From a virus (taxonomy: Duplodnaviria > Caudoviricetes), in IMG/VR virus record IMGVR_UViG_3300029288_004108, positions 13,651-77,650 of that record: DNA of 64,000 nucleotides. One strand, given 5' to 3'. Below are positions 1-8,602 of the stretch, piece after piece. A program made the translations under genes and the position numbers. Within the stretch, counting starts at the first letter, position 1. Each line of letters begins with the position of its first letter. The notes beneath the pieces were generated by a model. The model worked only from the letters and a program-made list of their open reading frames with translations, searched no databases and was not told the origin of the DNA.

Positions 1-858
1 TGGTACCGTCTTCCCGTTAAAGTCCATACCAAGGTAGGGGCTAATAATGAAGCAGTGATATGTCCGAGAGTGTTTGGAAAGAAATGTCCGATATGTGAAT
101 ATCAGGTAAAAAGAATCAAGGAGGGAGCAGATAAGGAAGAATTCAAACTGTTGTATCCACAGGAGCGGAGTCTTTATATTGTAATCCCGGTAGGGGTAAA
201 AGATTTGGAGGAAAAACCTTATGTTTGGGATATGAGTGATTTCCTATTCCAGGAAACATTGATTGAGGAACTCCAGGAGGATCCGGATAATGAAGATTTC
301 TTTACTCTCGAGTATGGGAAAACAGCTAATCTTCGATTGAAATGGAAAGAGATTGGTAAGAGTAATTTCCCAGAGATTGTTAGCATTACATTTGAAGATC
401 GGGAACCTTATGGGGAAGAGGTACTTGATGATATCCCTTCACTGGATGATTGTATAAAGGTTTTACCGTATGCTGATCTGGAAGCAAAATTCTTTGATCT
501 CGATAAGGAAGAAGATGCTGGGAAGATTGATGATAGGGAACCTGATGAGGGGGAATCAAAGAGAACAAAAAGGTATGGTCGTCAGGAGAAAAAAGAAGAA
601 CCTGAACCTGAACCAGATCCTAAGGAAGAAGCTCCTCCAAGACGTTCCCGTAATCGTACTCCCGAACCCGAACCAGAATCCGAACCTGAAGAGGAGAAAC
701 CGGCAAGGTCATCCCGGAAGGAAGAGAAATCTAAGGGATCCGATAAATGTCCCCACGGACATAAGTTCGGAGAGGATACTGATAAATTCCCAAAGGACTG
801 TGATAAATGTCAGATTTGGGATGACTGTATAGATGTTTATGAGAAAAACAGAAAGTGA
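1..858 (+). CDS. T4 gp32-like single-stranded DNA-binding protein (5' partial)
   Basis: Frame is open from base 1 (WYRLPVKVHTKVGANNEAVICPRVFGKKCPICE). It has an H..C..CPIC zinc motif, a long acidic/Pro linker, and lies upstream of RecA. Confidence 0.7.
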   Translation, partial: WYRLPVKVHTKVGANNEAVICPRVFGKKCPICEYQVKRIKEGADKEEFKLLYPQERSLYIVIPVGVKDLEEKPYVWDMSDFLFQETLIEELQEDPDNEDFFTLEYGKTANLRLKWKEIGKSNFPEIVSITFEDREPYGEEVLDDIPSLDDCIKVLPYADLEAKFFDLDKEEDAGKIDDREPDEGESKRTKRYGRQEKKEEPEPEPDPKEEAPPRRSRNRTPEPEPESEPEEEKPARSSRKEEKSKGSDKCPHGHKFGEDTDKFPKDCDKCQIWDDCIDVYEKNRK

Positions 859-859
859 T

Positions 860-1243
860 ATGGGATTTTTACCAAAGAAAACAAAAAGGGAAAACTATCG
901 ACTTGTGGGGGCTTCAATGCCTCCACAGGTTCATATCTACCTTACTCTTTATACTCTTGCAAAGGAAATTGGGAAAACTGATGTCATAGCCCAATTACTT
1001 GAAGCATGGACTGAGGAAAGAAGGAAGGAGGAGTCGGAGGATATTTTGATAAAAGAACTTGTAGGTAGGATTCAAAGGAAATGGTTTGAATTGAAAAAGG
1101 AAAAGACCTCTATGACCTTTGATGATTACAAGATTAAGATGACTCAGGAACTTGTCAGTAAAGGTCTTCCGGATGATTATATAGTCACAGTGTTAAACAA
1201 AATTGAGCAGTATGAAGCGGTCAAGAGGGGAAGAACCACTTAG
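860..1243 (+). CDS. Putative ribbon-helix-helix DNA-binding protein
   Basis: LVGASMPPQVHIYLTLYTLAKEIGKTDVIAQLLEAW has a beta-alpha-alpha pattern; ATG at 860. Confidence 0.4.
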   Translation: MGFLPKKTKRENYRLVGASMPPQVHIYLTLYTLAKEIGKTDVIAQLLEAWTEERRKEESEDILIKELVGRIQRKWFELKKEKTSMTFDDYKIKMTQELVSKGLPDDYIVTVLNKIEQYEAVKRGRTT

Positions 1244-2282
1244 CTCTCAGGTCAAGCGGAAAGTTACTCAGGAACCTTTCTCAATCCAACCTATACAAAA
1301 GGAGGAATATGATGGGAACTTTGGAAGAGTTATCAGCACCGGTAGTACATTACTTGACCTTGCAATATCGGGCGGAAGGATTCGTGGTGGAGGAGTGCCA
1401 GGAGGGATTCTTGTTGAGATTTTCGGTCCCTCCGGCTCTGGAAAAACAGTCCTACTTAGTGAAATGGGAGGATCTGTCCAACGGCAAGGTGGAGACCTTA
1501 TGTTCCATGATCCGGAAGCCCGATTAGATAAGACCTTTGCTAAGATGTTTGGAATGGAGGTAAAGGAGGAAAATTATAAACAACCTAATCGTGTCCCGGA
1601 AGTATTTAAAGCTGTCAGGGCTTGGGAACCAGAAGGAGATAAGAATGTTATTCATGGAGTATTTGCCGATTCCCTTGCTGCACTCTCCACTACTCAGGAA
1701 ATGGATAATGATGAAGGTGATAAGATGGGAATGCGTCGGGCAAAGGAATTCAGTGAAGAACTCCGTAAGACCTGCAGGATATTAAAACAGAATAATTACC
1801 TGATGGTCTGCTCAAACCAGGTAAGAATAAACATTGATGCCGGACCTTACGGACAGAAATATACTACACCTGGTGGAGAAAGCATTGGTTTTTATTCCTC
1901 ACTCCGTCTCCGTACACTCAAACCCGAGAAGATCAAACGTAAAATAAAGATCAAAGGGAAAGAGGAAATGCGGGTAATTGGAGTAGAAACCCAGGTGGAG
2001 GTTTTTAAATCATCCATTTGGAAACCATATCATATAGCCCCTGTTACAATACTTTTCGATTATGGAGTGGACGACATTCGGGATTGTCTTCAGTACCTTA
2101 AAGATTATTACCAAACCCGGGTTTATACCATAGGTAATCAGACCTTATCCAATTCCATGGAAGAAGCTATTCAAATGGTAGAGCAGGATAATTTGGAAGA
2201 AGCCTTGCGGGAAGAGGTAATAAATGTATGGGAAGAAATTGAATCTAAGTTTAGATCAGAACGTAAACCAAAAAGACCATGA
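1212..2282 (+). CDS. recA: RecA/UvsX-like recombinase
   Basis: ISTGSTLLDLAI, Walker A EIFGPSGSGKT, Walker B VFADSLAAL, NQVR and TTPGGESIGFYSSLRL motifs. Confidence 0.93.
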   Translation: MKRSRGEEPLSSQVKRKVTQEPFSIQPIQKEEYDGNFGRVISTGSTLLDLAISGGRIRGGGVPGGILVEIFGPSGSGKTVLLSEMGGSVQRQGGDLMFHDPEARLDKTFAKMFGMEVKEENYKQPNRVPEVFKAVRAWEPEGDKNVIHGVFADSLAALSTTQEMDNDEGDKMGMRRAKEFSEELRKTCRILKQNNYLMVCSNQVRINIDAGPYGQKYTTPGGESIGFYSSLRLRTLKPEKIKRKIKIKGKEEMRVIGVETQVEVFKSSIWKPYHIAPVTILFDYGVDDIRDCLQYLKDYYQTRVYTIGNQTLSNSMEEAIQMVEQDNLEEALREEVINVWEEIESKFRSERKPKRP

Positions 2283-2794
2283 TAATACTAACTAATGACC
2301 CGTCTTTTACTGCTTGGGGATATGCTGTACTGGATGATGGGGAAATAATAAAAACAGGATGTATTAAAACTGCTCCTGAACAAAAGAAACGGCGTATCCG
2401 GGCATCCGATGATCGGACTCGTAGAGCATCTGATATTGTACAGGAGTTATTAAAACTCATTGATGAATATGATGTTGACTTTATGGTTAGTGAAGCTCCA
2501 CATGGTTCCCAGAATGCTCAAGCAGCTATTATGATTGGTATGGTAGCAGGGATTACCACAGCTATAGCAGAATGTAAGAATATTCCCATTGAATACTATT
2601 CCGAGCAAGATTCAAAGAAAGCCGTATTAGGTAAACGAGCTGCTACAAAGGAGGATATGATTGAAGCTATTGATAAATTATATGATGTAGACTGGACAAA
2701 GGTAAAGTACATTGATGAAGCCGTAGCTGATGCTCTTGCCATACATTATGTTGCTACAAAACAATCACAGATGCTTAAAATGTTAAAGAGATGA
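2279..2794 (+). CDS. ruvC: RuvC-like Holliday junction resolvase
   Basis: N-terminal ILTNDPSFTAWGYAV (catalytic Asp), MVSEAP (Glu), EAVADALAI (Asp pair). Confidence 0.88.
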   Translation: MIILTNDPSFTAWGYAVLDDGEIIKTGCIKTAPEQKKRRIRASDDRTRRASDIVQELLKLIDEYDVDFMVSEAPHGSQNAQAAIMIGMVAGITTAIAECKNIPIEYYSEQDSKKAVLGKRAATKEDMIEAIDKLYDVDWTKVKYIDEAVADALAIHYVATKQSQMLKMLKR

Positions 2795-3150
2795 GAAATT
2801 ATCAAAATCTAAAACTTATAGTCAATCACGACTACGCTTCTTTTAATGTTTCTATTTACGGTCAGGTAATAGAAGGAACAAGACTTTTTATCATAGGAGC
2901 AGAGGACGGAAGATTAATAGAACAGGAGATCATAGCTGAAAACGAACTTACTCCAATGAAAGAATTCAAACCATTATTAACCATGAGTGAATTTGTTTTT
3001 AACTCATTCCTAAAATCAGTTGTTGAGTATGCAAATAATATTCAAATCAAGACAAAAGATGAAAGTCTTATTGAAGGTAAACTTCAAGCAACAGAGAAAC
3101 ATTTGGAAGATATGAGAACTATTTCTATGAAATTACTTAAAATAGTATAG
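2791..3150 (+). CDS. Hypothetical protein
   Basis: ATGA overlap with ruvC; 119 aa. Confidence 0.6.
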   Translation: MRNYQNLKLIVNHDYASFNVSIYGQVIEGTRLFIIGAEDGRLIEQEIIAENELTPMKEFKPLLTMSEFVFNSFLKSVVEYANNIQIKTKDESLIEGKLQATEKHLEDMRTISMKLLKIV

Positions 3151-3153
3151 GAG

Positions 3154-3468
3154 ATGAAAGAAGATACAAAGTGGAAAATCGTAAATTTTATTAAAAAGAT
3201 TCTTCAAGTCAAAGAACATACTCCTAATTATATAATTGAGGAAAGGAAAATACAAAAAATACAATCAACTCATATAATTCCTATTCATGAAAGAGACCGT
3301 TTTCTCAAGATGGAGGAGGAAATGATAATGCACTACGAGAAAGAACTTTCTATTGGAATTGCTCAAACAATGGTAAGTATGGGAGCAATAAAATTTGAAG
3401 TGGAAGACGATACAATGTCCGGTAATTTGAAAATTAGAGCAACTACTTTTGTACCCGAGAAGATATGA
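3154..3468 (+). CDS. Hypothetical protein
   Basis: 104 aa ORF in a tightly packed operon. Confidence 0.6.
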   Translation: MKEDTKWKIVNFIKKILQVKEHTPNYIIEERKIQKIQSTHIIPIHERDRFLKMEEEMIMHYEKELSIGIAQTMVSMGAIKFEVEDDTMSGNLKIRATTFVPEKI

Positions 3469-4172
3469 AACATTTATGTGAATGTGGTTGTGGAAAAGAA
3501 GTTACTATTTATCGAGGTAAGTCACGTAGATTTATACAAGGCCATCATATGAAGGTTGATTATATTCGTAAAATGCATTCCAAACGAATGATGGGGAATA
3601 AATTATTTCAAGGAGGTAAAATGCCTCAATCTGCTAAAGACAAAATTGCAAAAAGTCAAACAGGAGTAAATAATTCTGTTTGGAATGGAGGAAGAACAAT
3701 AAGCGGTGATGGATACATAACTATATTACAACCAGAACATCCTTTTGCAGATGTTAATGGACGAATAAAAGAAGAAAGATTAGTAATGGAAAAGCATCTT
3801 GGTAGATACTTATTAAAAACAGAAATTATACATCATATAAATAGAAATAAGCAAGATAATAGAATTGAGAATTTACAAATAGTGACAAGTTTAGAACATG
3901 GAAGAATACATCATAAAGGAAATGCATATGCATTGGGATATAAATTCACGGAAGAACAACGCAGAAATTCATCTAAAAGTAAACTTGGTCGTATTGTTTC
4001 TGAAAAAACAAAACACAAATTATCAATAAGTCACATGGGGAAAACTCATACAAAAGAAGCATGTAAAAAGATAAGTATTGCTCGTCAAGGATCAAAAGAC
4101 TCTATTCAAACTCGAATAAATAAAAGTATATCCGCAAAAATTGCTTGGAGTAAAAGAAAAAAATCATGTTGA
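3465..4172 (+). CDS. HNH homing endonuclease with NUMOD3-like C-terminus
   Basis: CECGCG N-terminus, RLVMEKHLGR..IHHINRNKQDNRIENL HNH motif, repeated SEKTKHKLSISH-type segments. Confidence 0.88.
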   Translation: MKHLCECGCGKEVTIYRGKSRRFIQGHHMKVDYIRKMHSKRMMGNKLFQGGKMPQSAKDKIAKSQTGVNNSVWNGGRTISGDGYITILQPEHPFADVNGRIKEERLVMEKHLGRYLLKTEIIHHINRNKQDNRIENLQIVTSLEHGRIHHKGNAYALGYKFTEEQRRNSSKSKLGRIVSEKTKHKLSISHMGKTHTKEACKKISIARQGSKDSIQTRINKSISAKIAWSKRKKSC

Positions 4173-5206
4173 AATCACTACACATTTCCAATTTTCAATC
4201 TCACAAAGACACTTCTCTGGATTTCTCTGACGGAGTAAATATAATCATAGGAGCATCTGACTCGGGTAAATCAGCTGTTATCCGAGCTTTAAAGTGGCTG
4301 ACATGGAACCGACCATCGGGTGATGCCATACGTAGTAACTGGGGTGGAAAGACTGAAGTAGAGTTATTTACCGACGATGCCCATATCGTACGTAGTAAGG
4401 ATAAGGAAGAACTTTATGTCTTAGGTGATCAGCATTTCCGAGCATTCCGGACAGAAGTACCAGAAGAAATTGCCAATGCTTTAAATATGTCGGAAATTAA
4501 CCTACAACAACAGCTTGACTCGCCGTTCCTTCTATCATTAACTTCCGGTCAGGTAGCAGAGCACTTTAATAAAATAGCTAAACTTGAACAGATTGACCGT
4601 GCTACCTCAGCTATAAATAAAGCTATCCGGGAACTGGAGTCGGAGAGAAAATATAAAACAACTGACCTTGAAACCAAAGAGGAAGATATAAAACGGTTTG
4701 AGTATCTTGAAAAGATGGAAGCTGAGGTTGAGGTGTTGGAAGGAATGGAAACTCAGTTAAGGAATCTCCGGAGTTCTTTATCCAATATTACAGTACAAAT
4801 AGATGATTATGATGAATGTGAAAAGTTTATAATATCAAATGAAAGTGTTTTAGCAGATGAGGATAAGGTAAACAATCTTCTTACTCTCTACAGTAGAAAA
4901 AAGGAATTGGAAAGGGAGGAAGAAGAGTTATATCATTTGACTGAGGATATTGATCTTACTCAAGTTGATATTGTTAAACATAAGTTAATTCTGGAGACGG
5001 AACCATTGGTAAACTCCTTACTGGGATTATATGATAATAAAAAAGCCCTTGACAAGGCATTTCTCACCCTCCGGAAGGCACTTTTGGATTTAAATAGTAT
5101 TGACCTATTGCTTAATAAGAAAGTGGCTGATTTGGGCTTTAAACAAGCTCAGTTTAAAAAGGAAATGGGTGATGTTTGTGTTTTATGTGGAAGTAAATTG
5201 AAATAG
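4166..5206 (+). CDS. SbcC/Rad50-like ATPase, N-terminal half (Walker A, coiled coil, zinc hook)
   Basis: LKSLHISNFQSHKDT, GASDSGKS Walker A, QQQLDSPF Q-loop region, coiled coil, ends CVLCGSKLK. Confidence 0.88.
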   Translation: MLKSLHISNFQSHKDTSLDFSDGVNIIIGASDSGKSAVIRALKWLTWNRPSGDAIRSNWGGKTEVELFTDDAHIVRSKDKEELYVLGDQHFRAFRTEVPEEIANALNMSEINLQQQLDSPFLLSLTSGQVAEHFNKIAKLEQIDRATSAINKAIRELESERKYKTTDLETKEEDIKRFEYLEKMEAEVEVLEGMETQLRNLRSSLSNITVQIDDYDECEKFIISNESVLADEDKVNNLLTLYSRKKELEREEEELYHLTEDIDLTQVDIVKHKLILETEPLVNSLLGLYDNKKALDKAFLTLRKALLDLNSIDLLLNKKVADLGFKQAQFKKEMGDVCVLCGSKLK

Positions 5207-5208
5207 AT

Positions 5209-5415
5209 ATGAAAATACCAGCAGAAATAGAATTTAAGATGAATATAAATGATTCCGTTACTAAATTACAAAGACTTGGAGAAGTAGCATATAAAGCAGT
5301 AAATGCTGTAAATGATTTTAATAGAGCTTTGGAAGAATGTAGAAGGATGGATATAGAAATATCTATAAATTATAAACCTTCCACAAAGAAATGGTATCAA
5401 TTTTGGAGGAAGTGA
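5209..5415 (+). CDS. Small coiled-coil protein with aromatic C-terminal tail
   Basis: 68 aa, ends KKWYQFWRK. Confidence 0.6.
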   Translation: MKIPAEIEFKMNINDSVTKLQRLGEVAYKAVNAVNDFNRALEECRRMDIEISINYKPSTKKWYQFWRK

Positions 5416-5416
5416 T

Positions 5417-5647
5417 ATGACACACTTAGTAAAACCAAGTAATGATTTTGGATTAGAGTTATGCAAAATACTTAAACTTGATCCAGGCAAGACAAGGACT
5501 ATAACAATAGTAAGCCCAGTAGATGATTTTGTTCATATAACAGTCGAACAAATATTACAGGAAGATGAAGCAGATAAGTTGATCAAAGTACTGATGAAAT
5601 TTCAATATGCAGAAGATGGAACGGACAAGACAGATAAGGAAGCCTGA
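5417..5647 (+). CDS. Hypothetical protein
   Basis: 76 aa ORF in the operon. Confidence 0.55.
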   Translation: MTHLVKPSNDFGLELCKILKLDPGKTRTITIVSPVDDFVHITVEQILQEDEADKLIKVLMKFQYAEDGTDKTDKEA

Positions 5648-6530
5648 TTTAATCCTCACTTCAGACTGGCACTTACGGGAAGATACTCCTACATGCTGGA
5701 TAGGAAATTTTCAATCAGAACAGTGGGATAGTGTTAATTTTGTAAGTGGATTACAAAAGCGGTGGAATATCCCAGTTATTTGTGCCGGAGATATTTTTCA
5801 TCATTGGAAGCCTTCACCATGGTTACTTACAATGGCAATGGAGTATTTACCAGCAAAATTCTTCTCTTGCGCTGGACAACATGATATGCCACAGCATAAT
5901 ATTGACTTAATTGAAAAAAGTGGTTATTTTACCTTGATGAAAGCGGAAGTAATTAAAACAATAGATGATTGGGATTTAATTTCACATAATCCAAGTAGAA
6001 GTATAGATATTCAATTTTGTCATTTTGGACAATTGCCGAAGAATATGGATAAAAGAAATAAGAATATCCTTGCTTGGCACCACATGACCTACATCACTCC
6101 ACCCTATCCAGGTGCTACGAGTGGGAATGCAATAAGCATATTAAGGAAATATCCTCAATTTGATCTCATAGTCACAGGTGATAATCATCAGTCGTTCTAT
6201 ACTGAATATGAAGGACGGTTACTTGTAAACCCGGGTAATTTAACTCGACAGACAGCTGATCAAATTGATTTTCAACCAAGGGTTGCTCTCTGGTATGCAG
6301 ATACAAACTCGATTGAGTGGGTAAATATTCCTATTCAGAAAGATGTTATAACTCGGGAACACATTGAAGTCAAAGAACAACGGGACGCCCGAATAGATGC
6401 TTTCATATCCAAGTTGAATGGCGACTGGGTGGCTGGAATGTCATTTGAGGAAAACCTTGAAGCCTTCTTTGCTAAGAATGATACAAGGGAATCAGTAAAA
6501 AGTATAATTTATAAAGCAATAGAGTTATGA
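5607..6530 (+). CDS. SbcD/Mre11-like metallophosphoesterase nuclease
   Basis: TSDWHL, AGDIFH, GQHD, AWHH, TGDNHQ, NPGNL motifs. Confidence 0.9.
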   Translation: MQKMERTRQIRKPDLILTSDWHLREDTPTCWIGNFQSEQWDSVNFVSGLQKRWNIPVICAGDIFHHWKPSPWLLTMAMEYLPAKFFSCAGQHDMPQHNIDLIEKSGYFTLMKAEVIKTIDDWDLISHNPSRSIDIQFCHFGQLPKNMDKRNKNILAWHHMTYITPPYPGATSGNAISILRKYPQFDLIVTGDNHQSFYTEYEGRLLVNPGNLTRQTADQIDFQPRVALWYADTNSIEWVNIPIQKDVITREHIEVKEQRDARIDAFISKLNGDWVAGMSFEENLEAFFAKNDTRESVKSIIYKAIEL

Positions 6531-6733
6531 AAAAATTATTTAAAGTTAGTTGTTCAGGAAAGTTTGATACATTTTATGATATTTATGTAATAGCTGATAC
6601 ATATGAAGATGCTGGAAACAAAGCATTGCAGAAAATGAAAGATTTAAGATATGATAAAGTTAGTGATTATGTATCAACAATCGAGTTACTTGCAGATGAA
6701 AAAGAAACTACTAAAAAATTACTAATATTATGA
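6527..6733 (+). CDS. Hypothetical protein
   Basis: 68 aa, ATGA-coupled on both sides. Confidence 0.55.
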   Translation: MKKLFKVSCSGKFDTFYDIYVIADTYEDAGNKALQKMKDLRYDKVSDYVSTIELLADEKETTKKLLIL

Positions 6734-6963
6734 CAGAAAAACAACTACTTGATTTAAAAGATCAGATTGAAGATGCAAAATCATCTGTATCAGAGTTAAA
6801 AGGACAGCAAACAGCTCTCCTTAAACAACTCAAAGATACCTACAAGTGTTCATCTATTGAAGAAGCTGAGAAGAAGGCTGATCAGATGAAAAAGGATATT
6901 GATAAGCTGCAAAAGCAGATTGATGAAGGTTGTAAGGAACTGGAAGAAAAATATGATGTATGA
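6730..6963 (+). CDS. Coiled-coil protein, possibly a middle fragment of Rad50
   Basis: 77 aa, almost entirely heptad repeats, coupled to the SbcC C-terminal gene. Confidence 0.6.
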   Translation: MTEKQLLDLKDQIEDAKSSVSELKGQQTALLKQLKDTYKCSSIEEAEKKADQMKKDIDKLQKQIDEGCKELEEKYDV

Positions 6964-7568
6964 CAATACAACAACTACGACAATCACTGGAACGCCAACA
7001 GGGACAAAAGATTCAGATTGAGCAATCCATCAACCAGCTCAAGACTGATTTAACTGAAAATAAACGATCACTCCGTCGACATGAACAGGCTCGTGAAATT
7101 GTGCGTACCGTTGGCCTCGCTACACAACAGGAACTTCAATTCCACATTTCGGATATTACATCATTGGCACTTGATGCTGTATTTGATGATCCATATGAAT
7201 TAAAGGTGGAATTTGTAGAAAGGAGAAATAAAACTGAGTGTGATTTGAAATTTGTGAGAGGTGATATGGAAATTGATCCTATGACAGCAAGTGGAGTTGG
7301 AGCAGTTGATATAGCGTCATTTGCCCTCAGGATAGCTTCCTGGTCAATGATGCGTCCACGGACAAGACCTACTATAATCCTTGATGAACCATTTAGGTTT
7401 CTATCGGAAAACTATCAGGACAAAGCTTCACAGATGCTAAAAGAGTTATCTGAAAAGCTTGGTTTGCAATTTATCATTGTCACTCACGAGCAGACTCTAT
7501 CGAGTTATGCTGATCGGACATTTGAAGTATCTATTCATAAAGGAGTAAGTAAAGTAAAGCAGTTATGA
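6960..7568 (+). CDS. SbcC/Rad50-like ATPase, C-terminal half
   Basis: ABC signature-like ASGVGAVD, Walker B/D-loop IILDEPFRFL, H-loop IIVTHE. Confidence 0.88.
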   Translation: MTIQQLRQSLERQQGQKIQIEQSINQLKTDLTENKRSLRRHEQAREIVRTVGLATQQELQFHISDITSLALDAVFDDPYELKVEFVERRNKTECDLKFVRGDMEIDPMTASGVGAVDIASFALRIASWSMMRPRTRPTIILDEPFRFLSENYQDKASQMLKELSEKLGLQFIIVTHEQTLSSYADRTFEVSIHKGVSKVKQL

Positions 7569-7849
7569 AAACGTTATTACCTATTATATTATTTATAATC
7601 ATTGTATTATCTTGTGAAAAGGTAGATGATGATTATTGCTGGACCTGCACTACATATTATTATGAAAGGATGTATTTGCAGGATGGAGAGATACTTGAAA
7701 AGCGATACACTGATAGTTTAGATATTTGTGGTTATACTGAACGGGATATTCAAAAATATGAACGATACCGGACGGTTGAGCCATACAATATTAGCACATG
7801 TGGCAATCACATCCGTTGGCAAGAGTGTTTATGTATTAAAAAAGATTAA
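7565..7849 (+). CDS. Bacteroidota-type Cys-rich lipoprotein
   Basis: MKTLLPIILFIIIVLS-C lipobox followed by EKVDDD and CWTC. Confidence 0.7.
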   Translation: MKTLLPIILFIIIVLSCEKVDDDYCWTCTTYYYERMYLQDGEILEKRYTDSLDICGYTERDIQKYERYRTVEPYNISTCGNHIRWQECLCIKKD

Positions 7850-7930
7850 AATGAAACCGACAAAAGAACAGATAATATTTGGTGATGTCAAATTACGGGA
7901 AAAGATTGAACAGCTTAAATCCGAGCTATA

Positions 7931-8299
7931 ATGGAACAACATCGAGCAGTATCAAAGATGATGACTACTCTACGAATGGAATTGGAAGATATAAAACTTC
8001 CTGTTTGGTTTAATGCCTTAATCTGTGAGCATTTCTCACAAATGTATGCTGCTGGATATGACAAAGGCCGTCAGGATGTAGTAGGTAATGCTCAAAAGAA
8101 ACCCGTTGCACAATATAATAGTGATGGTCGACTTATTAATATTTTTCCGGGATTAAATGCAGCAAGCAGATTCACTGGATTTGCAGTAAACAATTTAAAC
8201 CATGCTATTCTACAAGAACGTCCTTGTAAGGGATTTACCTGGAAATATATAACTGTTGAAGAGTATCAGGAAGCTACTCGGGATAAATTGATGTATTAA
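7931..8299 (+). CDS. NUMOD1-like DNA-binding domain protein
   Basis: KKPVAQYNSDGRLINIFPGLNAASRFTG...CKGFTWKY. Confidence 0.7.
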   Translation: MEQHRAVSKMMTTLRMELEDIKLPVWFNALICEHFSQMYAAGYDKGRQDVVGNAQKKPVAQYNSDGRLINIFPGLNAASRFTGFAVNNLNHAILQERPCKGFTWKYITVEEYQEATRDKLMY

Positions 8300-8589
8300 C
8301 GACCTTCAATCAACTCCCATACCTGACCCATAATCAATGTAGGTTGAGTAGCTCCGATAGCTTTTTTAAGTACGAGTAATTCCTCAGTCTTTAGTTCAAC
8401 ATCATCCTTACTATCTTTTATCTTCCGATAAATCTCATATTTCTCCCACTTTGTTTTTTCATTATCCGATTGCTGCGGGATTAGTAAGGAGTTGACACAA
8501 ACATCTTTTACAGTAAGAGTTCTTCCTTTTTCTCCTTTTAACTCTTCATTGTTTGCTCCGATGAGAGCGGTGTTGATTTTGATTTTCAT
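8296..8589 (-). CDS. Hypothetical protein, possible fibre assembly chaperone
   Basis: Last gene of the late arm, follows the LRR-like tail protein. Confidence 0.45.
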   Translation of the reverse strand: MKIKINTALIGANNEELKGEKGRTLTVKDVCVNSLLIPQQSDNEKTKWEKYEIYRKIKDSKDDVELKTEELLVLKKAIGATQPTLIMGQVWELIEGR

Positions 8590-8602
8590 TTTGATTAAAT
8601 AT

